Shown: positions 31,080 through 40,287 of the stretch, piece by piece | How the letters are laid out: each line of letters begins with the position of its first letter | Numbering within the stretch: position 1 is the first letter of the stretch | DNA from: an uncultured delta proteobacterium | Lineage (GTDB): Bacteria; Desulfobacterota; Binatia; DP-6 | Direction: 5' to 3' | Length of the DNA: 64,000 nt | Assembly (NCBI GenBank): GCA_963815115.1 | Contig: CAWFFN010000005.1 | Coordinates: 704,001-768,000, forward strand | Notes under the pieces: generated by a model | Databases searched by the model: none | Told to the model about the DNA's origin: nothing | Seen by the model: the letters and a program-made list of their open reading frames with translations, nothing else | Position numbers and translations under genes: made by a program

Positions 31080-31583
31080 TTTCAGGTCGCCGAGCACATC
31101 CTTGGCGTGGCTCGCCGGGTTCACGGTGCCGTACACCTGTCGCACCGTGCCGTCCGGACCGACCACGAACGAGACCCGGTGGGCGACGGGCGCTTCGGCG
31201 GTGTCGGCAGCGCCGACCGCCAGGGCGAGCTTGTGGTCCTGATCGGAGAGCAGGCGGAACGGAAACCCCTCCGCCTTCACGAACGCGGCATTGTCGGCAG
31301 GCGCGTCGAACGAGACGCCGAGGATCGTCACCCCCCGCTCCTCGAATGCTCCGGCCTGGTCGCGAAAGCTTCGCCCCTCCGCCGTGCAGCCCGGGGTCAT
31401 CGCCTTCGGAAAGAACCACAGCACGTACGTCTTGCCGGCGAGGTCGTGCGACGACACGCTGGCGCCGGTCTGGTCGGTGAGCGTCCAGGAGGGGAAGGGT
31501 TCACCGGTCTTGAGCAGTGCAGCGGCCAGGACAGCGGGACCGTGGGTCTGAAGCAAGACGAGGATCAGCAGCAGGGTACGCAT
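31026..31583 (-). CDS. bcp: Peroxiredoxin (BCP/PrxQ) with signal peptide; stop codon supplied by repeat B
   Basis: WFFPKAMTPGCTAE peroxidatic motif, ILGVSFD, FPFRLLSD. Confidence 0.9.
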   Translation of the reverse strand: MRTLLLILVLLQTHGPAVLAAALLKTGEPFPSWTLTDQTGASVSSHDLAGKTYVLWFFPKAMTPGCTAEGRSFRDQAGAFEERGVTILGVSFDAPADNAAFVKAEGFPFRLLSDQDHKLALAVGAADTAEAPVAHRVSFVVGPDGTVRQVYGTVNPASHAKDVLGDLKRPETSSRVETEGEHGTR

Positions 31584-31630
31584 GGCCCGATTGTTACGTT
31601 GCACGGGCCATGGTGAAAAGACCCTGCGGG

Positions 31631-32872
31631 CTACTGACCGGAGAGCAGGCTGCGGGCGATCTGGGAGACCTGGATCTCGTCGGTGCCCCCGTAGATCTGG
31701 AGCACCTTGGCGTCGCGACAGAGCTGCTCGACGCGGAACTCGGCCATGTAGCCGTTGCCGCCGAAGAGCTGCACGGCCTCGAGCGCGACCTCCATCGCCG
31801 CCTGCGCCGCATAGAGCTTGCACGCCGACGCCTCGGCGAAGGTCATCGCCTTGCCGGCCTGTGCCATCTCGATCTGGCGGAAGACGAGATTCTGGAGGTT
31901 CATGCGCGCCACCTCCATCTTCGCCAGCTTGAGCTGGATGAGCTGGAACTCGCCGATCGGCTTGCCGAACTGCACGCGGGTCCGGGCGTAGTCGAGGCTG
32001 AGGCCGAGGCACTCCTCGACGATGCCGAGCGCCATCGCGACGACCCCGCTGCGCTCCATCGTGAACGTCGCCTTGGCGCCGGAGCGTGCCGGCGCGTCCT
32101 CGGTCTCGCCGATCAGCCGGTCGCGGCCGACGCGAACGTCCTCGAGAAAGAGCTCGCCGGTCGGCGAGGAATGCATTCCCATCTTGCGCATCGGCTTCGA
32201 CTGCGTGAGTCCCGGCATGCCTCGATCGAGGATGAAGCTCAGTACCTTCCGGTGCTTCGGGTCGGTGCCGTCGTCGAGCTTGCAGATGAAGACGATGGTG
32301 TCGGCGAAGGGGCCGTTGGTGATGAAGGTCTTGCTGCCGTTCAGCACGTAACCGTCGCCGTCGCGGCGTGCGGTGGACTTCATCCCGCCGAAGGCGTCGG
32401 AGCCCGAGCCCGGCTCGGTGATCGCCCAGGCGCCGATCGCCTCCAGGGTGAGGAGGGGGAGCGCCCAGCGCTCCTTCTGCGCGGTCGTACCCCTCGACAT
32501 GATCGCCGTCGCGGTGAGGCCGAAGCTGACCCCCATGGCGGTGACCATGCCGGGGCACCAGCGGCAGAGCTCGATGATCGGGATGAGCTGGAGGCCGACG
32601 CCCTCGCCCTCGCCGCCGCTCGAGCGCGGCCGCGACTTGGTGCTCTCTCCGCGTCCCTTGGTCTCCGCCGCCGCCTTCTCGCGTGCGATCTGGCTCGCGA
32701 AGCGCTGCCGCGCCATCTCGTCCATGCCGAACGTGCGCATGAGCTTGCGCAGGATGTCGTACGGCGGCAGGTCGCCGTGCTCGAGGGCTTCCCAGTTGGG
32801 CTTGATCTCCTCGTCGATGAACCGGCGCATCATGTCGCGGATCATCAGGTGCTGCTCATCCCATTCGATCAT
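31631..32872 (-). CDS. Acyl-CoA dehydrogenase
   Basis: AITEPGSGSD, KTFITNG, KMGMHSSPT, QLFGGNGY, IYGGTDEIQ. Confidence 0.93.
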   Translation of the reverse strand: MIEWDEQHLMIRDMMRRFIDEEIKPNWEALEHGDLPPYDILRKLMRTFGMDEMARQRFASQIAREKAAAETKGRGESTKSRPRSSGGEGEGVGLQLIPIIELCRWCPGMVTAMGVSFGLTATAIMSRGTTAQKERWALPLLTLEAIGAWAITEPGSGSDAFGGMKSTARRDGDGYVLNGSKTFITNGPFADTIVFICKLDDGTDPKHRKVLSFILDRGMPGLTQSKPMRKMGMHSSPTGELFLEDVRVGRDRLIGETEDAPARSGAKATFTMERSGVVAMALGIVEECLGLSLDYARTRVQFGKPIGEFQLIQLKLAKMEVARMNLQNLVFRQIEMAQAGKAMTFAEASACKLYAAQAAMEVALEAVQLFGGNGYMAEFRVEQLCRDAKVLQIYGGTDEIQVSQIARSLLSGQ

Positions 32873-32924
32873 GCTGGCCTGCAGGGATAGCAAGGGTCGA
32901 GGCGTGGAGCTAGAGTCGCCCGCC

Positions 32925-33245
32925 ATGGACGAGCAGGCGTACCTCCGGGCGGCCGAGGCCTGTCTGGACCGGGTCGGCCGCTGGCTCGGGGACCTGGAAG
33001 ACGTCGACCTCGTGGCGGGTGACGGCCTGGTCACGCTCGAGTTCGACGACGGCGCGCGCTTCGTGCTGAACCGCCAGGCCGCCGCACGTCAGATCTGGCT
33101 CGCGGCCGGTGCGCGCGCCTGGCACTACGGCTGGGACGATGCGCGGCACACCTGGGTCGACGACCGGGACGGTCACGACCTCTACGGTCGGATCGCCGAG
33201 GTGGTGGGCGAGAAGCTCGGCGTCCGGCTGTCGCCGCCCGCATGA
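32925..33245 (+). CDS. cyaY: Frataxin-like iron donor CyaY
   Basis: GLVTLEFDDG, FVLNRQAAARQIWLA motifs. Confidence 0.9.
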   Translation: MDEQAYLRAAEACLDRVGRWLGDLEDVDLVAGDGLVTLEFDDGARFVLNRQAAARQIWLAAGARAWHYGWDDARHTWVDDRDGHDLYGRIAEVVGEKLGVRLSPPA

Positions 33246-33685
33246 GGATCGCCCTCGTCGCCGGCCTGTCCGCGTTCGTCCTGGCGCTCGCGGCGTGCGG
33301 CCGCAGCAGCCCGGGCGGCCCGACCTCGGGCGCGCCGGCCACGATCACCGGCGTTCCGTGGCGTCTCGTCGTCATCCAGTGGTCGGATGGCCGCAGCACC
33401 CGCCCCGAGGATGCGACGGGCTACTTCTTCGAGCTCGGCTCCGACGGACGGGTCAGCGGGAAGGCCGACTGCAACCGCTTGATGGGCACCTACACGCTCG
33501 ACGCCCACACGCTGCGCTTCGGGCCCCTGGCGACGACGCGCATGGCCTGTCCGCCGGGATCGGTCGACTCCGACTGGCTGCGCGCGCTCGGCTCGGCGTC
33601 CTCCTGGCTCGTGCGCGACGGCCATCTGCACGTCACGATGGCGGCGGATGCCGGGACGCTCGAGCTCGCCCCAGCGCCACGGTAG
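33242..33685 (+). CDS. META (HslJ) domain lipoprotein
   Basis: Lipobox LAAC; GKADCNRLMGTY, ATTRMAC. Confidence 0.9.
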   Translation: MRIALVAGLSAFVLALAACGRSSPGGPTSGAPATITGVPWRLVVIQWSDGRSTRPEDATGYFFELGSDGRVSGKADCNRLMGTYTLDAHTLRFGPLATTRMACPPGSVDSDWLRALGSASSWLVRDGHLHVTMAADAGTLELAPAPR

Positions 33686-33747
33686 TCGCGCAGAGCAGCG
33701 ACCACGCCGCCGTGGTGGCGAAGTTCGAGGGTATGTAGGGACGCGCG

Positions 33748-33783
33748 TTGACATGCATGCAGCATGGAGCGCATGCTCAGCGC
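33748..33783 (+). promoter_or_regulatory. Sigma70 leaderless promoter with repeated GCATG operator-like motifs
   Basis: TTGACA-N18-CATGCT-N6-ATG; (G)CATG occurs six times over 33752-33795. Confidence 0.7.
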
Positions 33784-34014
33784 ATGCCGCGCATGTTGCA
33801 GGTTCGAGACGTGCCCGAACCCATCCATCGGGCGCTGCGGGAACGAGCCGCCCGCCGCGGGAAGTCGCTGTCGGCGTACGTTCTCGAGCAGCTCGCAGAC
33901 CTAGCGCGGCAGCAGCCCCTCGAGGAATGGGTCGAGGAAGTCCACCGGCATCCGCCGGTGCGCCTCCGCACGTCGACTGCTCGTCTCGTCCGTCGCGAAC
34001 GTGAGGGACGGTGA
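33784..34014 (+). CDS. FitA-like ribbon-helix-helix antitoxin
   Basis: LQVRDVPEPIHRALRERAARRGKSLSAY; GTGA overlap with toxin. Confidence 0.88.
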   Translation: MPRMLQVRDVPEPIHRALRERAARRGKSLSAYVLEQLADLARQQPLEEWVEEVHRHPPVRLRTSTARLVRREREGR

Positions 34015-34400
34015 TCGTCGTCGACGCGTCCTGTCTCCTCGAGGTGCTACTTCAAACGACCGCCGCCCCGGCCGTCGAGCGGCGATTCACACGCGCTGGC
34101 GGGCTGCACGGTCCCGAGGTGCTCGATCTCGAGATTCTGCAGGTGCTGCGGCGGCTCGTGGCCGCCCGCACGATATCGTCCGATCGGGCCGACCTCGCCG
34201 TTGGGGCCTTGGAGCGCGTGGCACTCCGCCGATGGTCGCATTCCGTGGTCCGCCGCCGTGCCTGGGCACTTCGGACGAATCTCTCGGCATACGACGCCGC
34301 GTACGTGGCGCTCGCCGAGCGACTGCGATGCGCGCTCGTCACGCGCGACGGACGGCTCGCCGGCTCGTCCGGCCACCAGGCACAGGTCGAAGTGGTCTGA
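34011..34400 (+). CDS. vapC: PIN-domain VapC toxin
   Basis: MIVVDAS, DLE, NLSAYDAAYVALAE, LVTRD. Confidence 0.92.
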   Translation: MIVVDASCLLEVLLQTTAAPAVERRFTRAGGLHGPEVLDLEILQVLRRLVAARTISSDRADLAVGALERVALRRWSHSVVRRRAWALRTNLSAYDAAYVALAERLRCALVTRDGRLAGSSGHQAQVEVV

Positions 34401-34429
34401 CAGGATGGCCCCCGGGCGGGAGCGGGGTC

Positions 34430-34600
34430 CCAGTCCTTGCGGAGCACCCGATTCTCCCTCCGCAAATTGCCGTCGGCTCCTCGTGCTCCTCGGTCGTTGG
34501 CCCGTCGCACTCGCCCGCATCCACGGTGCAGCAAGGCAATGACCTCGGCTTCGAACTCCGGCGTGAATGCGGGTTGCCGTCGACGTACCCTGTTCCCATC
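34430..34600 (-). pseudogene. Degraded IS3-family transposase OrfA remnant
   Basis: Fragments in different frames: RRRQPAFTPEFEAEVIAL, VDAGECDGPTTEEHEE, LRRENRVLR, resembling IS3 OrfA. Confidence 0.6.
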
Positions 34601-34622
34601 GAGGCGCACTCGGGTCAATGCG

Positions 34623-36335
34623 CTAGACCGGGACCAGTTCCGGATAGACCGGCAGCCACATGGCGTCGCCCACGGTGCCCGGGATGGCCTCGTCGGCGAT
34701 CCGGCGCCGCCCGACACCCTCGTCGCGCGCCGCCGCCACCACCGCTGCCGCCACCCGCGCGGTCACGCGCCGGAGGTTGGCGACGGCCGGGAAGAGGCTG
34801 CTCGCGTCGAGGTGCTCGTCGCGCACCTCGTCGGCGAGCGCGCGTGCCGCCGACGCCAGCATGCCGTCGGTGACGCGCCGGGCCTCCGCGACCAGCGTCC
34901 CCAGCCCGATGCCCGGGAACACGAAGGCGTTGTTGGCCTGGCCGATCACGAAGGTGCGCTCGCCATGCTGCACCGGAGGGAACGGGCTTCCGGTGGCGAC
35001 GAGGGCGCGGCCGTCCGTCCAGGCGATGACGTCCGCGGGCTTCGCCTCGCACTGGCTGGTCGGGTTCGACAGCGGCAGCACCACCGGCCGCTCGACATGG
35101 CGAGCCATCTCGCGGATGACCTCCTCGGGGAAGGTGTCGGGTTCCCCCGACGTGCCGACCAGCGCCGTCGGCCGCAATGCCCGGACCACGGCGGCGAGAT
35201 CGCGCGGGCGGCCGCTCCCCAGCCCCACCGAGTCCGCCATCGCCGCCGGCCACGCCAGCTCGCGCTTGTACTCGTCGCGGATCGAGCCGTCGTCGACGAC
35301 GAGGCCGCGGCTGTCGAGGCAGACCACGGCGCGCACCAGCGCGTCCCCCCCGACGCCCTCGTCGGCCAGGGTGCGGCGAATGAGGCGGCCGATCCCGACG
35401 CCCGCCGCGCCCGCGCCGAGGATCACCACGCGCTGCTCGCGCATCGGGATGCGCGAGATGCATGTCCCGGCGATCAGCGCGGCGACGATGACGGCGGCGG
35501 TGCCCTGGATGTCGTCGTTGAACGAGGGCAGAACGTCGCGGTAGCGCTCGAGGAGGGCGAACGCCGTGCCCTTTTTGAAGTCCTCCCACTGGAGGAGCGC
35601 CTTCGGGAAGCGGCGTCGCACGGCCTGCACGAACTCCTCGATCAGCTCGTCGTACGGCGAGCCACGCAGCCGGGGATGGCGCCAACCGAGGTAGAGGTCG
35701 TCCTCCAGGAGCGCGCGGTTGTCGGTGCCGACGTCCAGGCTCACGGGGAGGGTGACCGCGGGATGGATGCCGGCGGCGGCGGTGTAGAGCGCGAGCTTGC
35801 CGATCGGGATGCCCATCCCGCCGGCGCCCTGGTCGCCCAGTCCGAGGATGCGCTCGTTGTCGGTCGCGACGATGAGACGCACGTCGTCGTAGGGGACGTG
35901 CGCGAGCACGGCGTCGATCCGTCCGCGCTGCTCGGGGTTGATCCAGATGCCGCGCGCACGGCGGAAGATGCGGCTGTACTTCCGGCACGCCTCTCCCACG
36001 GTCGGCGTGTAGACGATGGGGAGCAGCTCCTCGAGGTGGTCGAGCAGCACGCGGTAGAAGAGGTGCTCGTTGCGATCCTGGAGCGCTGCCAGCCCGATGT
36101 AGCGCTCGAGCGGGTCGGGCTTGCGCATGATGTTGGCGTAGGCGCGCTCTGCCTGCTGCGCCATGGTGCTCACGGCCGCCGGGAGCAACCCCTCGAGGTC
36201 GAATTGCCGACGCTCGTCGTGGCTGAAGGCGGTCGACTTGTTGTGCAGATGATGGCCGAGCAGGCGGGCGCCGCGCTCCCGCACCCAAACCCGAGAGCGG
36301 CCGTCGGGGGTACGCTCGAAGCGGTACGACTCCAT
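34623..36335 (-). CDS. maeA: NAD-dependent malic enzyme
   Basis: PIVYTPTVG, ERILGLGD, QWEDF, FNDDIQGT, GAGAAG, LSNPT, GQANNAFVFPG. Confidence 0.95.
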   Translation of the reverse strand: MESYRFERTPDGRSRVWVRERGARLLGHHLHNKSTAFSHDERRQFDLEGLLPAAVSTMAQQAERAYANIMRKPDPLERYIGLAALQDRNEHLFYRVLLDHLEELLPIVYTPTVGEACRKYSRIFRRARGIWINPEQRGRIDAVLAHVPYDDVRLIVATDNERILGLGDQGAGGMGIPIGKLALYTAAAGIHPAVTLPVSLDVGTDNRALLEDDLYLGWRHPRLRGSPYDELIEEFVQAVRRRFPKALLQWEDFKKGTAFALLERYRDVLPSFNDDIQGTAAVIVAALIAGTCISRIPMREQRVVILGAGAAGVGIGRLIRRTLADEGVGGDALVRAVVCLDSRGLVVDDGSIRDEYKRELAWPAAMADSVGLGSGRPRDLAAVVRALRPTALVGTSGEPDTFPEEVIREMARHVERPVVLPLSNPTSQCEAKPADVIAWTDGRALVATGSPFPPVQHGERTFVIGQANNAFVFPGIGLGTLVAEARRVTDGMLASAARALADEVRDEHLDASSLFPAVANLRRVTARVAAAVVAAARDEGVGRRRIADEAIPGTVGDAMWLPVYPELVPV

Positions 36336-36442
36336 CGTCGCTCCATTCTGCTGGCCTGGCCCGGGCGCTACAACCGCGCATCCGGGCCGCGCCAGGGTGG
36401 GCGGCGCTTGTCGCCATGCATCGGCGCGTTGTAGGCCGGCGC

Positions 36443-37663
36443 ATGAGCATCGTCGGTCGGGAGATGATCGATCCCCTGTACTACGAGCGCTACGGGTACC
36501 CGCACGCCTCGTGGGCCTACCTGCGCCGCTACGAGCCGGTGGCCTGGATGGAGCCGCCGGGCATGGAGCCCTTCTGGGCCGTCACGCGCTACGCCGACCT
36601 GTCGGCCATCTCCCGGGACCCCAAGCGCTGGAAGATCAATCCGCGCATGGCCGTCTTTCCGGAGGCGCAGATCTCGGCCGACAATCCGCCGTTCCGCCAC
36701 CTGCTGAACATGGACCCTCCGGAGCACGGGAAGTATCGCAACCTCCTGTCGCTCCGCTTCACGCCGAGGACGCTGGCGCCGAAGCGCGAGGCGGTCGGGC
36801 GCATCGTCGACGAGGCGCTCGATCACCTCGCCGAGCGGCGCGAGGCGGATTTCGTCGAGGACTTCGCCGCCACCATTCCGCTCGCCGTCATCGCCGAGAT
36901 GATCGGGCTGCCGCGCGCCGACTGGAAGCTGATGTTCGACCTGTCGAACGCGATCATCGCCAGCGAGGATCCCGAGTTCCAGAAGGGATCGACGACGCAC
37001 GAGACCATCGACCGCGCGGTCCAGACGTCGTTCGCCTACTTCCGCGCCATGGTGGAAGAGCGCCGCCGGGTGCCGCGGGACGACCTGGCGTCGGCGCTCG
37101 CCAACGCCGAGGTGCTCGGAGCCCCGATCGCCGAGTGGGAGCTGCTGTCCTACTTCGTGCTCCTCCTGGTCGCGGGCAACGAGACGACGCGCAACGCGAC
37201 CTCGGGCGGACTGCTCGCCCTGCTCGACCACAGGGACGAGCTCGAGAAGCTGCGCGCCGACCCGTCGCTGGTGCCGTCCGCCGTCGAGGAGATCGTGCGC
37301 TGGGTGTCGCCCGTGATCCAGTTCTGCCGCACCGCGGACGAGGCCGTGCAGGTCGGCGACACGACCGTGCGCTCGGGCGAGACGGTCTGCCTTCTCTACC
37401 CGTCGGCGAACCGCGACGACTCCGTCTTCCCCGATCCGTTCGCCTTCCGGGTGGACCGCAATCCGAACGAGCACCTCGCCTTCGGCATCGGCGTGCACTT
37501 CTGCCTGGGCGCGAATCTCGCCCGCCTGGAGCTGCAGGAGATCTTCCGGCAGCTGGTGCCGCGCCTGGCGGAGGTGGAGCTCGCGGGACCCGTCGAGCGC
37601 ATGCGGTCGAGCTTCGTGGGCGGCATCAAGCACATGCCGATCCGCTACCGGCTGGCGGCATGA
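36443..37663 (+). CDS. Cytochrome P450 (CYP125/124/142-like)
   Basis: MDPPEH, AGNETT I-helix, EEIVR, FGIGVHFCLG heme Cys. Confidence 0.95.
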   Translation: MSIVGREMIDPLYYERYGYPHASWAYLRRYEPVAWMEPPGMEPFWAVTRYADLSAISRDPKRWKINPRMAVFPEAQISADNPPFRHLLNMDPPEHGKYRNLLSLRFTPRTLAPKREAVGRIVDEALDHLAERREADFVEDFAATIPLAVIAEMIGLPRADWKLMFDLSNAIIASEDPEFQKGSTTHETIDRAVQTSFAYFRAMVEERRRVPRDDLASALANAEVLGAPIAEWELLSYFVLLLVAGNETTRNATSGGLLALLDHRDELEKLRADPSLVPSAVEEIVRWVSPVIQFCRTADEAVQVGDTTVRSGETVCLLYPSANRDDSVFPDPFAFRVDRNPNEHLAFGIGVHFCLGANLARLELQEIFRQLVPRLAEVELAGPVERMRSSFVGGIKHMPIRYRLAA

Positions 37664-37835
37664 TCATGCGAGCGCTGGCGCTCGACGCTTCGCCGCGGCT
37701 CGTCTGCGCGCTCTTCTTGCTCTTCCTCATGGCGTGAGCTCCTCGCCGAGCGAGGCTGGAGCGTCTCACGCTTGCTGTCAATGGAGGCCCGTCACCATGT
37801 TCCCTCGGGGTCGCCACATCGGCTAGCCTGCGGCG

Positions 37836-38732
37836 ATGGCACAGACGATCCGTCACGTCGGCTTCCTCGGGCTCGGGCGCATGGGCTCGCCCATCGCGCG
37901 GAACGTCCTGAAGGCGGGCTTCGGGCTCACGGTGTGGAACCGGACGGCTGCCAGGGCCGAGCCCTTGGTGGCGGCGGGCGCGCGTCTCGCGCCTACTCCG
38001 CGCGACGCGGCCGCGGGCGCGGACGCCGTCGTCACCTCGCTCATGGACGACCGGTCGGTGCTCGACGTGGTCGGTGGGCCGGACGGTATCCTCGCCGGCC
38101 TGCCGCCCGGGGCCGTTCACGTGGGGACCTCGACGGTGTCGCCGGCGTGCACCCGCCGGGTCGCCGCGCTGCACGCGGCACACGGCAGCCACTTCGTCGC
38201 GGCGCCCGTGGCGGGGCGTCCCGACGTCGCGGAGGCGGGCCGGTTGCGCACGTTCGTCGCGGGCGACCCCGCCGCCGTCGCGCGCTGCCAGCCCCTCCTC
38301 GAGGCGTACACCGCGGGTGTGGTGAACCTCGGCGCGGAGCCCGCCGTCGCGAACAGCATGAAGCTGGCCGTCAACTACATGCTCGCCGTGGTCGTCGAGC
38401 TGATGGGCCAGGTGTACGCCTACGGGGAGAAGAGCGGTATCGACCCGGACGTCCTGGGCGCGGCCATGGCGGTGTTCTTCGGCAACCAGGCGCTCCAGGG
38501 CTACTCCGATCGGGAGCGGACGCGGAGCTTCGACGAGGTCGGCTTCGCGCTCGCCGCCGGCTTGAAGGACGTCGAGCTGGTGATGCAGGCCTCGGCGGAG
38601 GCCCGGGCCCCGCTGCCGTTCGCCGGCCCGGTGCGCGACGCGCTCATCGCCGCGCTGGCCAACGGCCTCGAGCACAAGGACTTCAGCGCCGTGGCGGAGG
38701 TTGCGCGCATGAACGCGGGCCTGGGCAGGTAG
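37836..38732 (+). CDS. Beta-hydroxyacid dehydrogenase (3-hydroxyisobutyrate DH family)
   Basis: GFLGLGRMG, VWNRT, APVAG, MKLAVN. Confidence 0.9.
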   Translation: MAQTIRHVGFLGLGRMGSPIARNVLKAGFGLTVWNRTAARAEPLVAAGARLAPTPRDAAAGADAVVTSLMDDRSVLDVVGGPDGILAGLPPGAVHVGTSTVSPACTRRVAALHAAHGSHFVAAPVAGRPDVAEAGRLRTFVAGDPAAVARCQPLLEAYTAGVVNLGAEPAVANSMKLAVNYMLAVVVELMGQVYAYGEKSGIDPDVLGAAMAVFFGNQALQGYSDRERTRSFDEVGFALAAGLKDVELVMQASAEARAPLPFAGPVRDALIAALANGLEHKDFSAVAEVARMNAGLGR

Positions 38733-38754
38733 TCGCTCTCGCACGCGCGGCCGG

Positions 38755-40167
38755 TCAGCCGAACTGCATCTCGCACACGTCCGCCGCCACCCGCAGCGGC
38801 GCGGCGGTGACGCGCCGGATGTCGTCGACGCCGACGCCAGGGGCGAGCTCGCGGAGCAGGAAGCCGTCCGCGTCGACGTCGATCACGGCCAGGTCGGTCA
38901 CCACCGTCCGGACGCAGCGCGCCGCCGTCAGCGGATACAAGCAACGCTCGACCAGCTTGGGTACGCCGTCGCGCGTCAGGTGGAACATGACCACGACGAT
39001 GCGCGCCTGCCCGGCGGCGAGGTCCATGGCGCCGCCGATCCCGCCGACGCCGGTCGCCGGCACGTTCCAGTTGGCGAGGTCGCCGTCCTGCGAGACCTGG
39101 AAGCCGCCCAGCACGACCGTGGTGATGCGTCCGCTCCGCGCCATGGCGAACGCGGTGGTGCTGTCGAAGTAGCTCGCCCCCGGGTGCTGGCGCACCAGCT
39201 GGCCGCTGGCGTTGTAGCAGTGGACGTCGGCGCTGCCCTCCTCGGCGAGCGGTCCGAAGCCGAGCATGCCGTTCTCGGAATGCAGGGTGATGTCCTGCTC
39301 GGGGTCGAGGGCGCTCGAGAGCAGCGTCGGAAGGCCGAGGCCGAGGTTGACGTACTCGCCGGGGCGCAGGAGCCGCGCCACCCGGCGCACCATCAGATCC
39401 GGCGGGATACCGGTCGGACCCTCGGTTCGCTCGCGCACCTCGAGGTCGTACAGTCGTCCCCATCTCCGGCTCAGCTCGCGGATCGCGGCCGCGTCGAGCG
39501 GGCGCTCGCAGACGACGACACGGTCGACGAACGCGCCGGGCGTCACCACGGCCTCCGGATCGAGCCCCCCCGCCTCGACGACGTCGTCGACCTCGGCGAC
39601 GGTCACGCGGGCGGCGGTGGCCATCATCGGATTGAAGTTGCGCGAGCCGCGGCGGTAGACGAGGTTGCCGAGCCGGTCGCCCCGCGCGGCGCGGACGAGG
39701 GCGAAGTCGCCGCGCAACGCGGTCTCGAGGACGTAGCGCCGTCCGCCGAACTCGCGCTCCTCCTTGCCACGAGCGGCGTCGGTACCGACACCCGTCGGGG
39801 TGTAGAATGCGGCCAGCCCGGCGCCGCCGGCGCGCACGCGCTCGATGAGCGTGCCCTGCGGGACGAGCTCGAGCTCGATGCTCCCGGAGCGGATGCCCGC
39901 TGCCATGGAGGTCTGCTGCTTGGGGTACATGGCGTAGCTCGCCACCAGCTTGCGGACGAGCCCGCTCTCGGCGAGGAGCTGCGGCGAGGTCGGACCGACG
40001 CCGGGCGTGTTGCAGACCAGGGTGAGGCCGCGCGCGCCGTGCTCGTACAGCGCTTGCAGGAGTGTGGTGGGCCAGCTCTGCACCACGCCGAAGCCGCCGA
40101 TCAGGATGGTCGCCCCGTCGGGGACGTCCGCGACCGCTTCCCGTGCGCTGGCGACGACCTTGTCCAT
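38755..40167 (-). CDS. Fused 3-oxoacid CoA-transferase (subunits A+B)
   Basis: MDKVVASAREAV...GGFG...PQGTLIER (A) in frame with VNLGLGLP, HSENG, GIGGAMDL (B). Confidence 0.92.
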   Translation of the reverse strand: MDKVVASAREAVADVPDGATILIGGFGVVQSWPTTLLQALYEHGARGLTLVCNTPGVGPTSPQLLAESGLVRKLVASYAMYPKQQTSMAAGIRSGSIELELVPQGTLIERVRAGGAGLAAFYTPTGVGTDAARGKEEREFGGRRYVLETALRGDFALVRAARGDRLGNLVYRRGSRNFNPMMATAARVTVAEVDDVVEAGGLDPEAVVTPGAFVDRVVVCERPLDAAAIRELSRRWGRLYDLEVRERTEGPTGIPPDLMVRRVARLLRPGEYVNLGLGLPTLLSSALDPEQDITLHSENGMLGFGPLAEEGSADVHCYNASGQLVRQHPGASYFDSTTAFAMARSGRITTVVLGGFQVSQDGDLANWNVPATGVGGIGGAMDLAAGQARIVVVMFHLTRDGVPKLVERCLYPLTAARCVRTVVTDLAVIDVDADGFLLRELAPGVGVDDIRRVTAAPLRVAADVCEMQFG

Positions 40168-40287
40168 GACGTGTCCTGGCGTTGTTCCGCGGGGGAGGCT
40201 CTGCACTATAGGAGTGGTCGCACCCGCACGACAAGGAGGAGGCATGCCCGCATCGCCGTCCGCACTGCCACGGCTGCCGAGGCCGCG

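Noticed and set aside
31380-31410. Selenocysteine in the peroxiredoxin TPG(U/C) motif
   Set aside because: The codon is TGC (Cys); no in-frame TGA.
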